From positions 1 through 34,945 of the IMG/VR virus record IMGVR_UViG_3300016672_000187: 34,945 nucleotides of DNA; one strand, 5' to 3'. A model generated the notes under the pieces. The model saw only the letters and a list, made by a program, of their open reading frames with translations, did not search any database and had not been told where the DNA came from. This DNA is from a virus. Lineage: Duplodnaviria; Caudoviricetes. A program made the translations under genes and the position numbers. Positions 19,252-27,611 of the stretch are shown piece after piece. Numbering within the stretch: position 1 is the stretch's first letter; each line of letters starts with the position of its first letter.

Positions 19252-21765
19252 ATGAATATATTAGGATTTGACTTTTCAATGAAAAAAAACACCGTTTCTG
19301 CGAAAACGGAAGCTCCGAAAGGTTCAGGTAAGAAAAACCCTTCAATCGTTAAGATTGTAGACGCTTTTAAAGACAACTCAAGAAAAGATATCGCAAAGTG
19401 GAGATCTTCTTTAATTGCAGCACAAAATATTGATGATCCGAAATTCAACCAATACCATGACCTTCTTGATGATTTAATGACCGACGGTCACCTTCAGTCA
19501 CAAATTCAAATGCGTAAGCTTTCAACCCTGAACACGGATTATCGTGTAATAAACAGAAAGACGAGTGTTGAAAATGAAGAAGTAGGTTTCATTCTCCAAC
19601 AGCAATGGTTTTACGAATTCCTGGATTTATGCCTTGATAGTATTTTGAGAGGCGCAACAGTGACGGAGTTCCGAAGCTTTGAAAACGAAAAAATCGACAT
19701 TGGATTAATTCCAAGACGAAATGTTGTTCCTACTCGTGGCAAAATCTTTCCGGATATTACAAAGCCGGACTTTATCAATTACCTGGACGAAACTCTGAAA
19801 CCGTGGTTAATCCAATTAGGGAAAAGTGACAGTTTGGGAATTCTAAACAATATCATTCCAAATCTAATTTGGAAGAGAAATGTCATGCAATCCTGGGCGG
19901 AATTTTGCGAAAAGTTTGGTTTACCTCTAATCACCGCAACGACCAATACAACCGATGCTGCAGTAATTGATAACGTGCATGAAATGTTGTTAAGTCTCGG
20001 TGAAGCTTCAGTTGGAACATTCCCTCCGGGAACAGACATAAAATTCCAAGAAGCCAACAGAACAGATGCCTTTCAGGTTTATAGCCAATTTATGCAGGCG
20101 AATGCAAACGACATTAGTAAAATGATTGTTGGTTCTACCATGTTAAGCGACCAGGGAACCAACCGTTCTCAAACTGAAGTTCACGAAAGGTCTTTGGATA
20201 ATAGAATCTCTCAAGCTGACAAAAGAATGATTCAGTTTATAATAAACGATCAACTTTTCCCACTGCTTAGACTTCAAGGTTATAATATTTCTGAAGAAGA
20301 GATTTTCGAGTTTAAAACAGCAGAGCAGGAAATTGATTTACCTCAGCTTTGGAGCATAACAAGCGGATTAATTAGTAACGGTTACGAAGTAGAACAGGAT
20401 TGGATTTCTAAAACTTTTAATATCCCTTTGGGAGCAAAAAAAAAAATCAGCCAACCCAATAACGTAGCAGCAGGATATTTTCCTGAAAATAAACCCATCG
20501 ATCGTTATGGTGATTTTACATGTACTTGCGGAAAACACAATCAGCCTGTTGATACTTTAAAAAAAGAAATCATTAAAGCTCTTACGAAGAAAGTGGTAAG
20601 GGCTGTTTTTGATAATAAAAATATTGTAGGGGCAAAAGGTGAATTGATTGCTGCGGAAGCGATTCAGATGGTAGGGGGATTGAGAGACAATTTTAAAACT
20701 TTTAATCCCTACACCGGACAGGATTGGTTGGTTGTTCAGATGATGGAATACAACCTCTTTGAGTTTGCCGCATCGAAGACTGAGGCGAGATATGCCACAA
20801 TGATGGATTTGCTTGTTGACAAAGAAAAAGGCATTAGAGGTTATCCTGAATTTGAAAGGCTTTGTCTTGAAAAAACAACAGATTTAAACACACGATATCT
20901 TGAAACCGAATACAACCTCAGCATCGCAGTGGGTCAAAATTCTGCTTCTTATGTCCGTTTTATGGCGGAAAAGGATACGGTAACAAACCTAGTGCAATAT
21001 CAGACAATCGGTGATGAAGCTGTAAGAGAAGCTCACGCAATTTTAAACGGAAAGATTTTCGACCTCAACGATCCTGAAGCAATGAAGCTCACGCCACCAA
21101 ATGGATTTGGTTGCCGCTGCGAGTGGTTGCAGTATATCGGTTCAGGAAAAGCCGTATCAGGAGTAAGAGGTTTAGAAATGATGCATTCTCGAGACCCAAA
21201 ATTTAAAAATTCTCAATTTGAAATTAACCGTGGTGACCTTAAACAGGTTTTCACCCAAAAACAATTCTATGGTGATAATAAAGGTTTGAATAGTGAAATC
21301 GGAAAGATGACCTATGATCAGTACGGTTTGAAGAAGCACAGCGAGTTTAAAGGCGATTTAAAGCCAATGCAGCTCGATAAAACAATCACCGGAAAGAATG
21401 CGAAGGAACTTTTCAAAAAAGAGAAGGACACCGATTATATGGGTTTTTCAGACTATATGCAAAGAAAGCTAATTCTTCCGGAGTCCACATTTGACAAATT
21501 CACAAAAGAAAAATATCTGAAGAACGATGAAGTGCGGCATCAACTATTCCCACATGTGAAAGACATCCTTAATCAACCCGATGAAGTTTGGTTAAATGAC
21601 CGGAAGGAAGGAAAATTTAATTCTCACTACATCAAATTTTATGGAGACAAAGCGGTGATTGTAAACGTACACCTCAATAACGAAATGGAAGGTTTAGAGA
21701 TTAAAGATTGGTACGACATGAAAGGCGATGACGCAAAAGAAAGATTCGGAATTAAAATAAAATAA
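19252..21765 (+). CDS. Portal (Mu gp29/DUF935-like) fused to MuF minor head domain and a C-terminal BECR-like nuclease domain
   Basis: W..FCEKFGLP and SQTEVHER portal motifs; VREAH..LNG and PPNGFGCRC MuF motifs; DILNQPDEVW...YIKFY C-terminus. Confidence 0.85.
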   Translation: MNILGFDFSMKKNTVSAKTEAPKGSGKKNPSIVKIVDAFKDNSRKDIAKWRSSLIAAQNIDDPKFNQYHDLLDDLMTDGHLQSQIQMRKLSTLNTDYRVINRKTSVENEEVGFILQQQWFYEFLDLCLDSILRGATVTEFRSFENEKIDIGLIPRRNVVPTRGKIFPDITKPDFINYLDETLKPWLIQLGKSDSLGILNNIIPNLIWKRNVMQSWAEFCEKFGLPLITATTNTTDAAVIDNVHEMLLSLGEASVGTFPPGTDIKFQEANRTDAFQVYSQFMQANANDISKMIVGSTMLSDQGTNRSQTEVHERSLDNRISQADKRMIQFIINDQLFPLLRLQGYNISEEEIFEFKTAEQEIDLPQLWSITSGLISNGYEVEQDWISKTFNIPLGAKKKISQPNNVAAGYFPENKPIDRYGDFTCTCGKHNQPVDTLKKEIIKALTKKVVRAVFDNKNIVGAKGELIAAEAIQMVGGLRDNFKTFNPYTGQDWLVVQMMEYNLFEFAASKTEARYATMMDLLVDKEKGIRGYPEFERLCLEKTTDLNTRYLETEYNLSIAVGQNSASYVRFMAEKDTVTNLVQYQTIGDEAVREAHAILNGKIFDLNDPEAMKLTPPNGFGCRCEWLQYIGSGKAVSGVRGLEMMHSRDPKFKNSQFEINRGDLKQVFTQKQFYGDNKGLNSEIGKMTYDQYGLKKHSEFKGDLKPMQLDKTITGKNAKELFKKEKDTDYMGFSDYMQRKLILPESTFDKFTKEKYLKNDEVRHQLFPHVKDILNQPDEVWLNDRKEGKFNSHYIKFYGDKAVIVNVHLNNEMEGLEIKDWYDMKGDDAKERFGIKIK
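20436..20446 (+). repeat. A11 homopolymer at the portal/MuF junction
   Basis: GCA AAA AAA AAA ATC; both shifted frames stop within about 7 codons. Confidence 0.9.
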
Positions 21766-21800
21766 AATAAAATAAAATAAAATAAAATAAAATAAAATAA
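21753..21800 (+). repeat. (TAAAA)9 microsatellite plus TAA, abutting the tape measure ATG
   Basis: Perfect pentanucleotide tandem read directly. Confidence 0.95.
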
Positions 21801-23810
21801 ATGGCAACAACAAAATTAATGATGCTCGTTGATTTAAGCGCAAAGCTTTTTAACAATGGACTTCAACGAATGCAAAGCAACTGGTCTAAGCGAGTTGATG
21901 GAATGCGTGCCAAGTGGAAAACTTTGGTCGACGATATTCCCGGACTTAATGGAGCAATGGATAAACTTAAAAATCCTGCTTTACTTTTTGGAGCTGCTTT
22001 TATGGCAGCTATTGGTTTTCTCGGAACCGCCACAAAGATGGCGAACGATTGGGAGGTCAAAATGGCGGAGATTAACGTCACCGCCGGGTTATCGAAAAAA
22101 GAACTCCGGGGGCTTTCAGATCAGCTCCTTGATGTTGGAGCACGGAACGCCACGCCTTTGGAGGAAGTCCCCAAAGCATTCGGTCGTATCATTTCTGCCG
22201 GACTTGATGTAAAACAGTCACTTGAAGCCTTAGAACCAACCATGCGAGCTGCTAAAGCAGGTTTTACAGATATTGAAACCGTAGCAGGTGCAGGTATCGC
22301 CACAATGATGTCTTCAGGAAAAGATATCAATCAAGTTTATGACGTATTGTTTGAAACCGTTAAGGAAGGTAATGCTGAGTTCAAAGACATAGCGAAATAT
22401 CTTCCTAAAGTAATACCACTTGCGAGAAGTATCGGTTATGAATTAGAATCGACCGCAGGAGCTTATGCTTCTTTGACTACTAAATTAAGTGCTGAACAGT
22501 CATCTACAGCATTGGAAGGTGTAATGAGAACACTATCCAATGCCGATATAGCAATGGGAAAAACTGATAAAAAAACAGGAAAATATATTAGTGGTTTCCG
22601 GGCTTTAGGTATCAATATTTTTAATTCCGCAGGAAAAATAAGACCACTAATCGATATTGTTGCAGAACTTAACAAACAAATGAACGGCTTAACCGATGAG
22701 CAAAAAGTTAAAAAACTATCTACTTTAGGTTTTGACCAGTCTACTGCTTTAGGTTTCGGAACGTTAATGCAGGATATTGAAGGATTAAAAAAAGCTACCA
22801 TTGCAACTTCAGATGCTCAAGGTTCACTTGACCAGGCTTATATTGATTCTTTAACGCCGATGGAGCAATATGATATAGCACAGAACAGAATCAAAGCCGT
22901 GATGATTAAATTAGGGCAAGAAGCACTGCCATATATTACAATGGCACTTGAAAAAGTTGCACCATTATTTCAATGGATGTATCAAAATGCTGATACATTA
23001 ATTCCTGTATTTTTTTCATTAACAGCAACGTTAGGAGTTTTAACAGCTGCGACATGGCTTTGGAATGCAGCTTTAGCTGCCAATCCGGTAACATGGATAA
23101 TTTTGGGGATATCAGCTTTGGTTGCATTGATAGTTGCAGCAGTAATAAAATTTGAAGATTGGGGTGCAACTATACTTTGGTTTCTCGGTCCGATTGGGCG
23201 TGTAATTTCGGCTTTTGTATTGATATACAAACATTGGGACAGCATCAAAAAAGCTTTTCAGGAAGGTGGTATAATAGAAGGATTAAAAAGAATAGGTGTT
23301 GTATTATTTGACGTGATATTGCAACCAATCGAACAGCTTTTGGGTTTAATTGGAAAGCTACCAGGATCAATTGGTCGAACCGCTAAGGAAATGCAAGGAA
23401 CAGTTCACAAATTTAGAGAAGATCTTGATTTGACTGATACAAAGGCTGAGACAGATGCAAAACTTCGTGCCAATGGATTAGCCATAATGAAAGAATATGC
23501 CGATCAGTATGACAAATCTAAAACCCAAAAGAAAAACCCATTTGATCCAAATTCACTTTATGGAACTGAGGGAGGAGCATTTAAAGATGAATCTGCAGAT
23601 GCCAACAAGAAAAAAAAGCTGAAAGACGGAGTAAACAAGGTTGCAGGGGATGCAAAACAGGTTAAAAATATTAAAATCACTATTGATGCACTTCATAAAG
23701 GTGATATCAACATGAAAGGTGATGCAACATCCGGCATGTCATGGCAACAGATGGAAGATTTCTTTAATGAAATGATGATGAGAATTGTTAGAAACGCAGA
23801 GACTTCATAA
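21801..23810 (+). CDS. Tape measure protein (TP901-type domain)
   Basis: 669 aa helical, Ala-rich; ANPVTWII TM-like segment; HWDSIK repeat motif. Confidence 0.9.
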   Translation: MATTKLMMLVDLSAKLFNNGLQRMQSNWSKRVDGMRAKWKTLVDDIPGLNGAMDKLKNPALLFGAAFMAAIGFLGTATKMANDWEVKMAEINVTAGLSKKELRGLSDQLLDVGARNATPLEEVPKAFGRIISAGLDVKQSLEALEPTMRAAKAGFTDIETVAGAGIATMMSSGKDINQVYDVLFETVKEGNAEFKDIAKYLPKVIPLARSIGYELESTAGAYASLTTKLSAEQSSTALEGVMRTLSNADIAMGKTDKKTGKYISGFRALGINIFNSAGKIRPLIDIVAELNKQMNGLTDEQKVKKLSTLGFDQSTALGFGTLMQDIEGLKKATIATSDAQGSLDQAYIDSLTPMEQYDIAQNRIKAVMIKLGQEALPYITMALEKVAPLFQWMYQNADTLIPVFFSLTATLGVLTAATWLWNAALAANPVTWIILGISALVALIVAAVIKFEDWGATILWFLGPIGRVISAFVLIYKHWDSIKKAFQEGGIIEGLKRIGVVLFDVILQPIEQLLGLIGKLPGSIGRTAKEMQGTVHKFREDLDLTDTKAETDAKLRANGLAIMKEYADQYDKSKTQKKNPFDPNSLYGTEGGAFKDESADANKKKKLKDGVNKVAGDAKQVKNIKITIDALHKGDINMKGDATSGMSWQQMEDFFNEMMMRIVRNAETS

Positions 23811-23811
23811 T

Positions 23812-24390
23812 ATGGCAGATAATAGCAGTGTTGAATTTAGAGGCGATTTCCTTAATCGCCTCCAACAAGTTAATAAAGCAGCATTCTTAAATCGTTCAAT
23901 GTCAAAAGTAGCAATTTTAGCAGTTAACTTTTCCAAAGAAAGATTTGTACAAAAGAACTGGTTAAGCAATAGGCGTGAACCATGGCAAGGAAGAAAAAGA
24001 CCTGCAAGAGGTTCAATTCTTGTAAAGTCCGGGAGACTTAAAAGAAGTATCCGAAAATTAGCTCAGGGCAATTATTATGTTTACATCGGAACCGATGTTC
24101 CCTATGCTCCGGTGCACAACGATGGCGGTACTATCAATAAAACGGTTACGGTCAGAGCTCACACCAGGAAGAAAGAAGCACGAAGAACAAGAGATAGCCG
24201 TGGACGTTATGAACAGCGTGGTGCTGCCACAAATCACCAAGTGAAAAGCCACAGAAGGAGAATGAACGTTACGATGCCTAAACGGCAGTTCTTAGGTGAC
24301 TCAGCAATACTAAACCGCAGGATTGAAAGGTTTTTATCTTCAGAACTCAATAACGAAATAAACAGACCTCAAAATGAAAGAATTTTATAA
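23812..24390 (+). CDS. Virion morphogenesis protein (Mu gpG-like)
   Basis: ILVKSGRLKRSI, IGTDVPYAPVHNDGG, MPKRQFLG motifs. Confidence 0.85.
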   Translation: MADNSSVEFRGDFLNRLQQVNKAAFLNRSMSKVAILAVNFSKERFVQKNWLSNRREPWQGRKRPARGSILVKSGRLKRSIRKLAQGNYYVYIGTDVPYAPVHNDGGTINKTVTVRAHTRKKEARRTRDSRGRYEQRGAATNHQVKSHRRRMNVTMPKRQFLGDSAILNRRIERFLSSELNNEINRPQNERIL

Positions 24391-24883
24391 AAAATTAATA
24401 GAAACTTTTACCAAAGAAGAAACAATGGATCTTTACAGAACCAAAGGTATTGATTGCCCTAAATTTATTGATTTGTACGCAGGTCAGGACTTAGATCCGG
24501 AAAGCTTCGATTTGTATCCTTGTCCGGCTATTTTTGTAAGTTGGACTATTGATCACAGGCAAAAACCCGCACAGGCAAATGTAACTTTCAGAATGTGTTA
24601 TGAGCAGATGAGAGATACAAGCAGCATAGGAAAAAATACTGCAGAAGCTTTGAAGTTTATAGACTTTATAGAGATTACGGACGGAATCCTTGAAACGTTT
24701 GAAACAGAACACACCGGAAAGCTTAACGCTGCCACAGAGGAGCTAAATTTAGAGCCTATTGTTGTAGATCAGTTTGTTTTGACCTACAACTGCAGCTATA
24801 CAAAAAAAGCCCGTGAAAAACTCACAGGCTCAGTAGAAGATATTAAAATCAAAACTGGTCTTTTTACACACATTTTCGATTAA
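24374..24883 (+). CDS. Mu gp37-like tail completion protein
   Basis: FIDLYAGQ...PCPAIFV motif; synteny. Confidence 0.65.
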   Translation: MKEFYKKLIETFTKEETMDLYRTKGIDCPKFIDLYAGQDLDPESFDLYPCPAIFVSWTIDHRQKPAQANVTFRMCYEQMRDTSSIGKNTAEALKFIDFIEITDGILETFETEHTGKLNAATEELNLEPIVVDQFVLTYNCSYTKKAREKLTGSVEDIKIKTGLFTHIFD

Positions 24884-25215
24884 ATTTCTGTATTTTCAAT
24901 ATACCATTTGCCACGTTTTTCAGAAACTCGCAAATGGTATTTTTTTAGTTCTGTATAACCGTTTAAACGACGTTTAAAAAACTGTTCAATTCTGTTTTTT
25001 ACATCTGCAGATAATTGTCTATCATCGAATGTCAATCCGTATGTTCCTTTAGTTACAACTACCAATCCTGAATAGTTTGTATTTTCATAAGGCTTATCCG
25101 GGCGATTTTTAAAAACGTCACCTTTGCTCCTAGATGAATTTACCTGTGCAGAAAAGTTTACTGCAGATAAAAAAAACATAATTAAAACTATTTTAAAGTT
25201 CCATTCTCCAAACAT
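24880..25215 (-). CDS. Hypothetical exported protein (moron)
   Basis: Signal-peptide-like IVLIMFFLSAVNFSA-Q; exact start uncertain. Confidence 0.5.
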   Translation of the reverse strand: MFGEWNFKIVLIMFFLSAVNFSAQVNSSRSKGDVFKNRPDKPYENTNYSGLVVVTKGTYGLTFDDRQLSADVKNRIEQFFKRRLNGYTELKKYHLRVSEKRGKWYIENTEI

Positions 25216-25600
25216 CTTTATCAAAATTTTGTATTGAGCTGTGAACTAACATTTTAAACCCTTTTTTCTTTAAAACCTCCTTGTTAGCATTAGGTTCTGA
25301 ATATTTTTTCCAAATAGGAAAAATCCTTTCATATTTTGCATAGACAGTAAAGAGGTTGCAAATTTTATCTTTACAACCATATTCAAAAAAAAATATATCA
25401 TTTTTATCTTCCGGATTAACAAATTTCAAATTGTTTTCATCCCAATCCTGACGATTTACTTCTTCCTGGTATTTAATCCCGGTATCAGAAATTATTTGAC
25501 TTACAACCTTACGAAACTGCAATGAATCAAGCTGACGAAATTGGCTCTGTGCAAACGAAAGAACCGGAAGTAATAAAGCTAAAAGAAATAGTTTTTTCAT
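25193..25600 (-). CDS. Hypothetical secreted protein (moron)
   Basis: Sec signal MKKLFLLALLLPVLSFA-Q. Confidence 0.7.
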   Translation of the reverse strand: MKKLFLLALLLPVLSFAQSQFRQLDSLQFRKVVSQIISDTGIKYQEEVNRQDWDENNLKFVNPEDKNDIFFFEYGCKDKICNLFTVYAKYERIFPIWKKYSEPNANKEVLKKKGFKMLVHSSIQNFDKDVWRMEL

Positions 25601-25612
25601 ATCCTCATTATT

Positions 25613-25963
25613 TCAATTTATAACCCAATTTTTTTCGCCCTTTGGATTGGTATAACACTTTAGTTTTAATTTTGGCTCGTTATATTTCATCTCAACAATT
25701 GCTATTTGTCTTATATCATACTCCTGTGCTTTAAAAAATGGCGATTCAATATTTACGACAATTTCACGATCTAAATTATTTAGAATCTCAATATCTTTCA
25801 AAGTTAGATATTCAAAGGCTATGTCAATATAAAATTCATCACCTTTAGTCAGATAAACATCCATTGTAACATCATATTCATACTCACTATTTAGTTTGAT
25901 TTTGGTAATAACATTTTCGTGTACTGGCATTTTCTCCACGTTTAATAAATCAAAGTCTTGCAT
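25613..25963 (-). CDS. Hypothetical acidic protein
   Basis: ORF with A-rich leader in a co-oriented cluster. Confidence 0.6.
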   Translation of the reverse strand: MQDFDLLNVEKMPVHENVITKIKLNSEYEYDVTMDVYLTKGDEFYIDIAFEYLTLKDIEILNNLDREIVVNIESPFFKAQEYDIRQIAIVEMKYNEPKLKLKCYTNPKGEKNWVIN

Positions 25964-25995
25964 TTTTATATTATTTGTTTTTCAAATTTAACAAA

Positions 25996-26196
25996 TTAAT
26001 CCTTTGTTAGGTAGCCGAACCAAAACAAATCTTCCGGGTTAACTTCGCAGCCTTCTTTTAGTGTGAAGTAGATAGTGTTTTTTATTACTTCATAATTCCA
26101 GGATCTTGCAATCCCCATTCCTGTCATTCCAAAATTAAGATGTTGTATAACATCTGCGATAATGTGACTTTGCGCACTGATTTTAAACTTTGTCAT
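25996..26196 (-). CDS. Hypothetical protein
   Basis: 66 aa ORF downstream of a terminator, with its own upstream palindrome. Confidence 0.55.
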   Translation of the reverse strand: MTKFKISAQSHIIADVIQHLNFGMTGMGIARSWNYEVIKNTIYFTLKEGCEVNPEDLFWFGYLTKD

Positions 26197-26238
26197 ATCC
26201 TTTTTTTGTAAATTTAGTTAGTTGCCTGGTTAAAAAAA

Positions 26239-26252
26239 TACGGTTTTCCGTA
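26239..26252. promoter_or_regulatory. Palindromic operator-like site TACGG-N4-CCGTA
   Basis: Perfect 5-bp arms; near-copy TACGGAAACCCGTT at 26474-26487. Confidence 0.45.
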
Positions 26253-26257
26253 GGTAT

Positions 26258-26289
26258 AAAAAAAGGTGCAAATCTTTCGACTTGCACCT
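26258..26289 (-). terminator. Intrinsic terminator
   Basis: AGGTGCAAGTC-GAAA-GATTTGCACCT followed by a U-run on the minus strand. Confidence 0.85.
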
Positions 26290-26310
26290 CCACCATTTTA
26301 AATTAAAACT

Positions 26311-26439
26311 TCAAAAATTTAAAACTTCAGTTACAATTAATAGGATTAAAAAACTGCAAAACCATATGATAAAACCTGAAACGTTTATTAATTTATCTTC
26401 ACTCTTAAAAAGAAGTAATTCTTTAAAGAAATTTTTCAT
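26311..26439 (-). CDS. Small membrane peptide (42 aa; not in ORF track)
   Basis: MKNFFKELLLFKSEDKLINVSGFIIWFCSFLILLIVTEVLNF; single TM; ends just before the terminator. Confidence 0.5.
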   Translation of the reverse strand: MKNFFKELLLFKSEDKLINVSGFIIWFCSFLILLIVTEVLNF

Positions 26440-26497
26440 TTTGCTAAATTATTTGATTTTTAAATAGATACATTACGGAAACCCGTTAGGAAATTAA

Positions 26498-26818
26498 TTA
26501 AATTAATTTTTGATGTAATTCGTTCTTAAATATTTCAAGCTTATTTTGTTCATAGTTTCCAAAAGCGGTTTTGTTTTGATTTAATATGATATCTAACAAC
26601 AAACTCGCAATGTGAAATTTTAATCCTAAAGACAGTTTATTTCCGTTAGGATTTGAACAATAACTAAAGCAACGCTTACTAATCACATCAAAAAGTTCCA
26701 AAGTCATAGATTGATTTACTTTTTCTTCCTTGCTACGAGGGAAAATATTACGCTTCAAAACTAAAATAGATTGAATTAAGAATAATGTTTCGGGGTCAAT
26801 TTTTAATGTGATTTTCAT
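26498..26818 (-). CDS. Hypothetical protein
   Basis: 106 aa, tightly packed after the endolysin. Confidence 0.6.
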   Translation of the reverse strand: MKITLKIDPETLFLIQSILVLKRNIFPRSKEEKVNQSMTLELFDVISKRCFSYCSNPNGNKLSLGLKFHIASLLLDIILNQNKTAFGNYEQNKLEIFKNELHQKLI

Positions 26819-26822
26819 TTTT

Positions 26823-27296
26823 TTATAGTATTACATAATTTTCTTTATCTCGCTTTTTAGTGGCTAAAACACGCCATTTAAAGCCCTTCTTTTCAAAGTG
26901 GGGCATATCTTTGAAACTTTGCCAATCACCGCCCCAATCCCAGCCATTGGCTTTAAATATTGTCACACATTCAATCCAATCTGCGATTTTATCATCATCC
27001 CAATCGGCTTTCGTGTCCCAACTTGCCGTTTTTCCGTCGATAATCAGAACGATATCAACCGCAAAACCATAATTGTGGATGCTTTGACCGCCTTTTGCTT
27101 GAGTGACTTTCTTTCCTGGCTTGGTTCTGCCCATGGCAAATAAATCATCCTGTTCTTTAAAAGTTCTTAAGCCCTGAGAAATTCTCACTTTTGCTCTTCC
27201 GGTTAAAGCTTTGTCGATTTTTTCAATGATTGTTTTTACTTCTGATCTTACACTTGGGTGTAGTTTAGAGATTCTTTCTTGAGTTACTTTGTCCAT
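26823..27296 (-). CDS. M15 family L-Ala-D-Glu peptidase (endolysin)
   Basis: GLRT..EQ..L...GR, SIHNYGFAVD and WGGDW..FKDMPHFE zinc-peptidase motifs. Confidence 0.92.
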   Translation of the reverse strand: MDKVTQERISKLHPSVRSEVKTIIEKIDKALTGRAKVRISQGLRTFKEQDDLFAMGRTKPGKKVTQAKGGQSIHNYGFAVDIVLIIDGKTASWDTKADWDDDKIADWIECVTIFKANGWDWGGDWQSFKDMPHFEKKGFKWRVLATKKRDKENYVIL

Positions 27297-27301
27297 AATA
27301 T

Positions 27302-27541
27302 TTAAAAATTAAAGGTTAATTGATTTCCATTGCTGTTTTCTTTCTCCTGTAATTTTTTCAAATCTCGTTTTGCAGGGATTCCTAAATAGGTTCTGTAGGT
27401 TCTGACCGAAATATGATATTGTGGCTCAATAAACTTGAAATAAATCTCCTTATAGGTTAAACCCTGACGGAACTTTTGTTCCGCAGTAATCTCCTGAATT
27501 TTGATAATTTTCTTGAAATAGTTTTTTTTGTTAAAAGCCAT
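27302..27541 (-). CDS. Small basic HTH-like regulator
   Basis: GLTYKEIY...YHISVRTYRTYL HTH-like pattern; end of early operon. Confidence 0.6.
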   Translation of the reverse strand: MAFNKKNYFKKIIKIQEITAEQKFRQGLTYKEIYFKFIEPQYHISVRTYRTYLGIPAKRDLKKLQEKENSNGNQLTFNF

Positions 27542-27554
27542 ACAGGTTTTTGAT

Positions 27555-27611
27555 TATATTTGCATCGCTAGAACAAATTGCTCGTGACCTGTATGGTTAT
27601 GGGCTTTTTTT
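27555..27611 (+). ncRNA. Putative ~45-nt antisense sRNA unit (-7 box plus terminator)
   Basis: TATATTTG at 27555-27562; hairpin GCTCGTGACC-TGTAT-GGTTATGGGC (G-U pairs fit plus strand only) followed by a T-run. Confidence 0.65.

Noticed and set aside
1231-24712. Many 60-135 aa opposite-strand or alternate-frame ORFs in the track (e.g. 3971..4297, 5522..5926, 17753..18109, 21856..22212, 22463..22801)
   Set aside because: Shadows of well-supported phage genes, with no motifs or initiation context.
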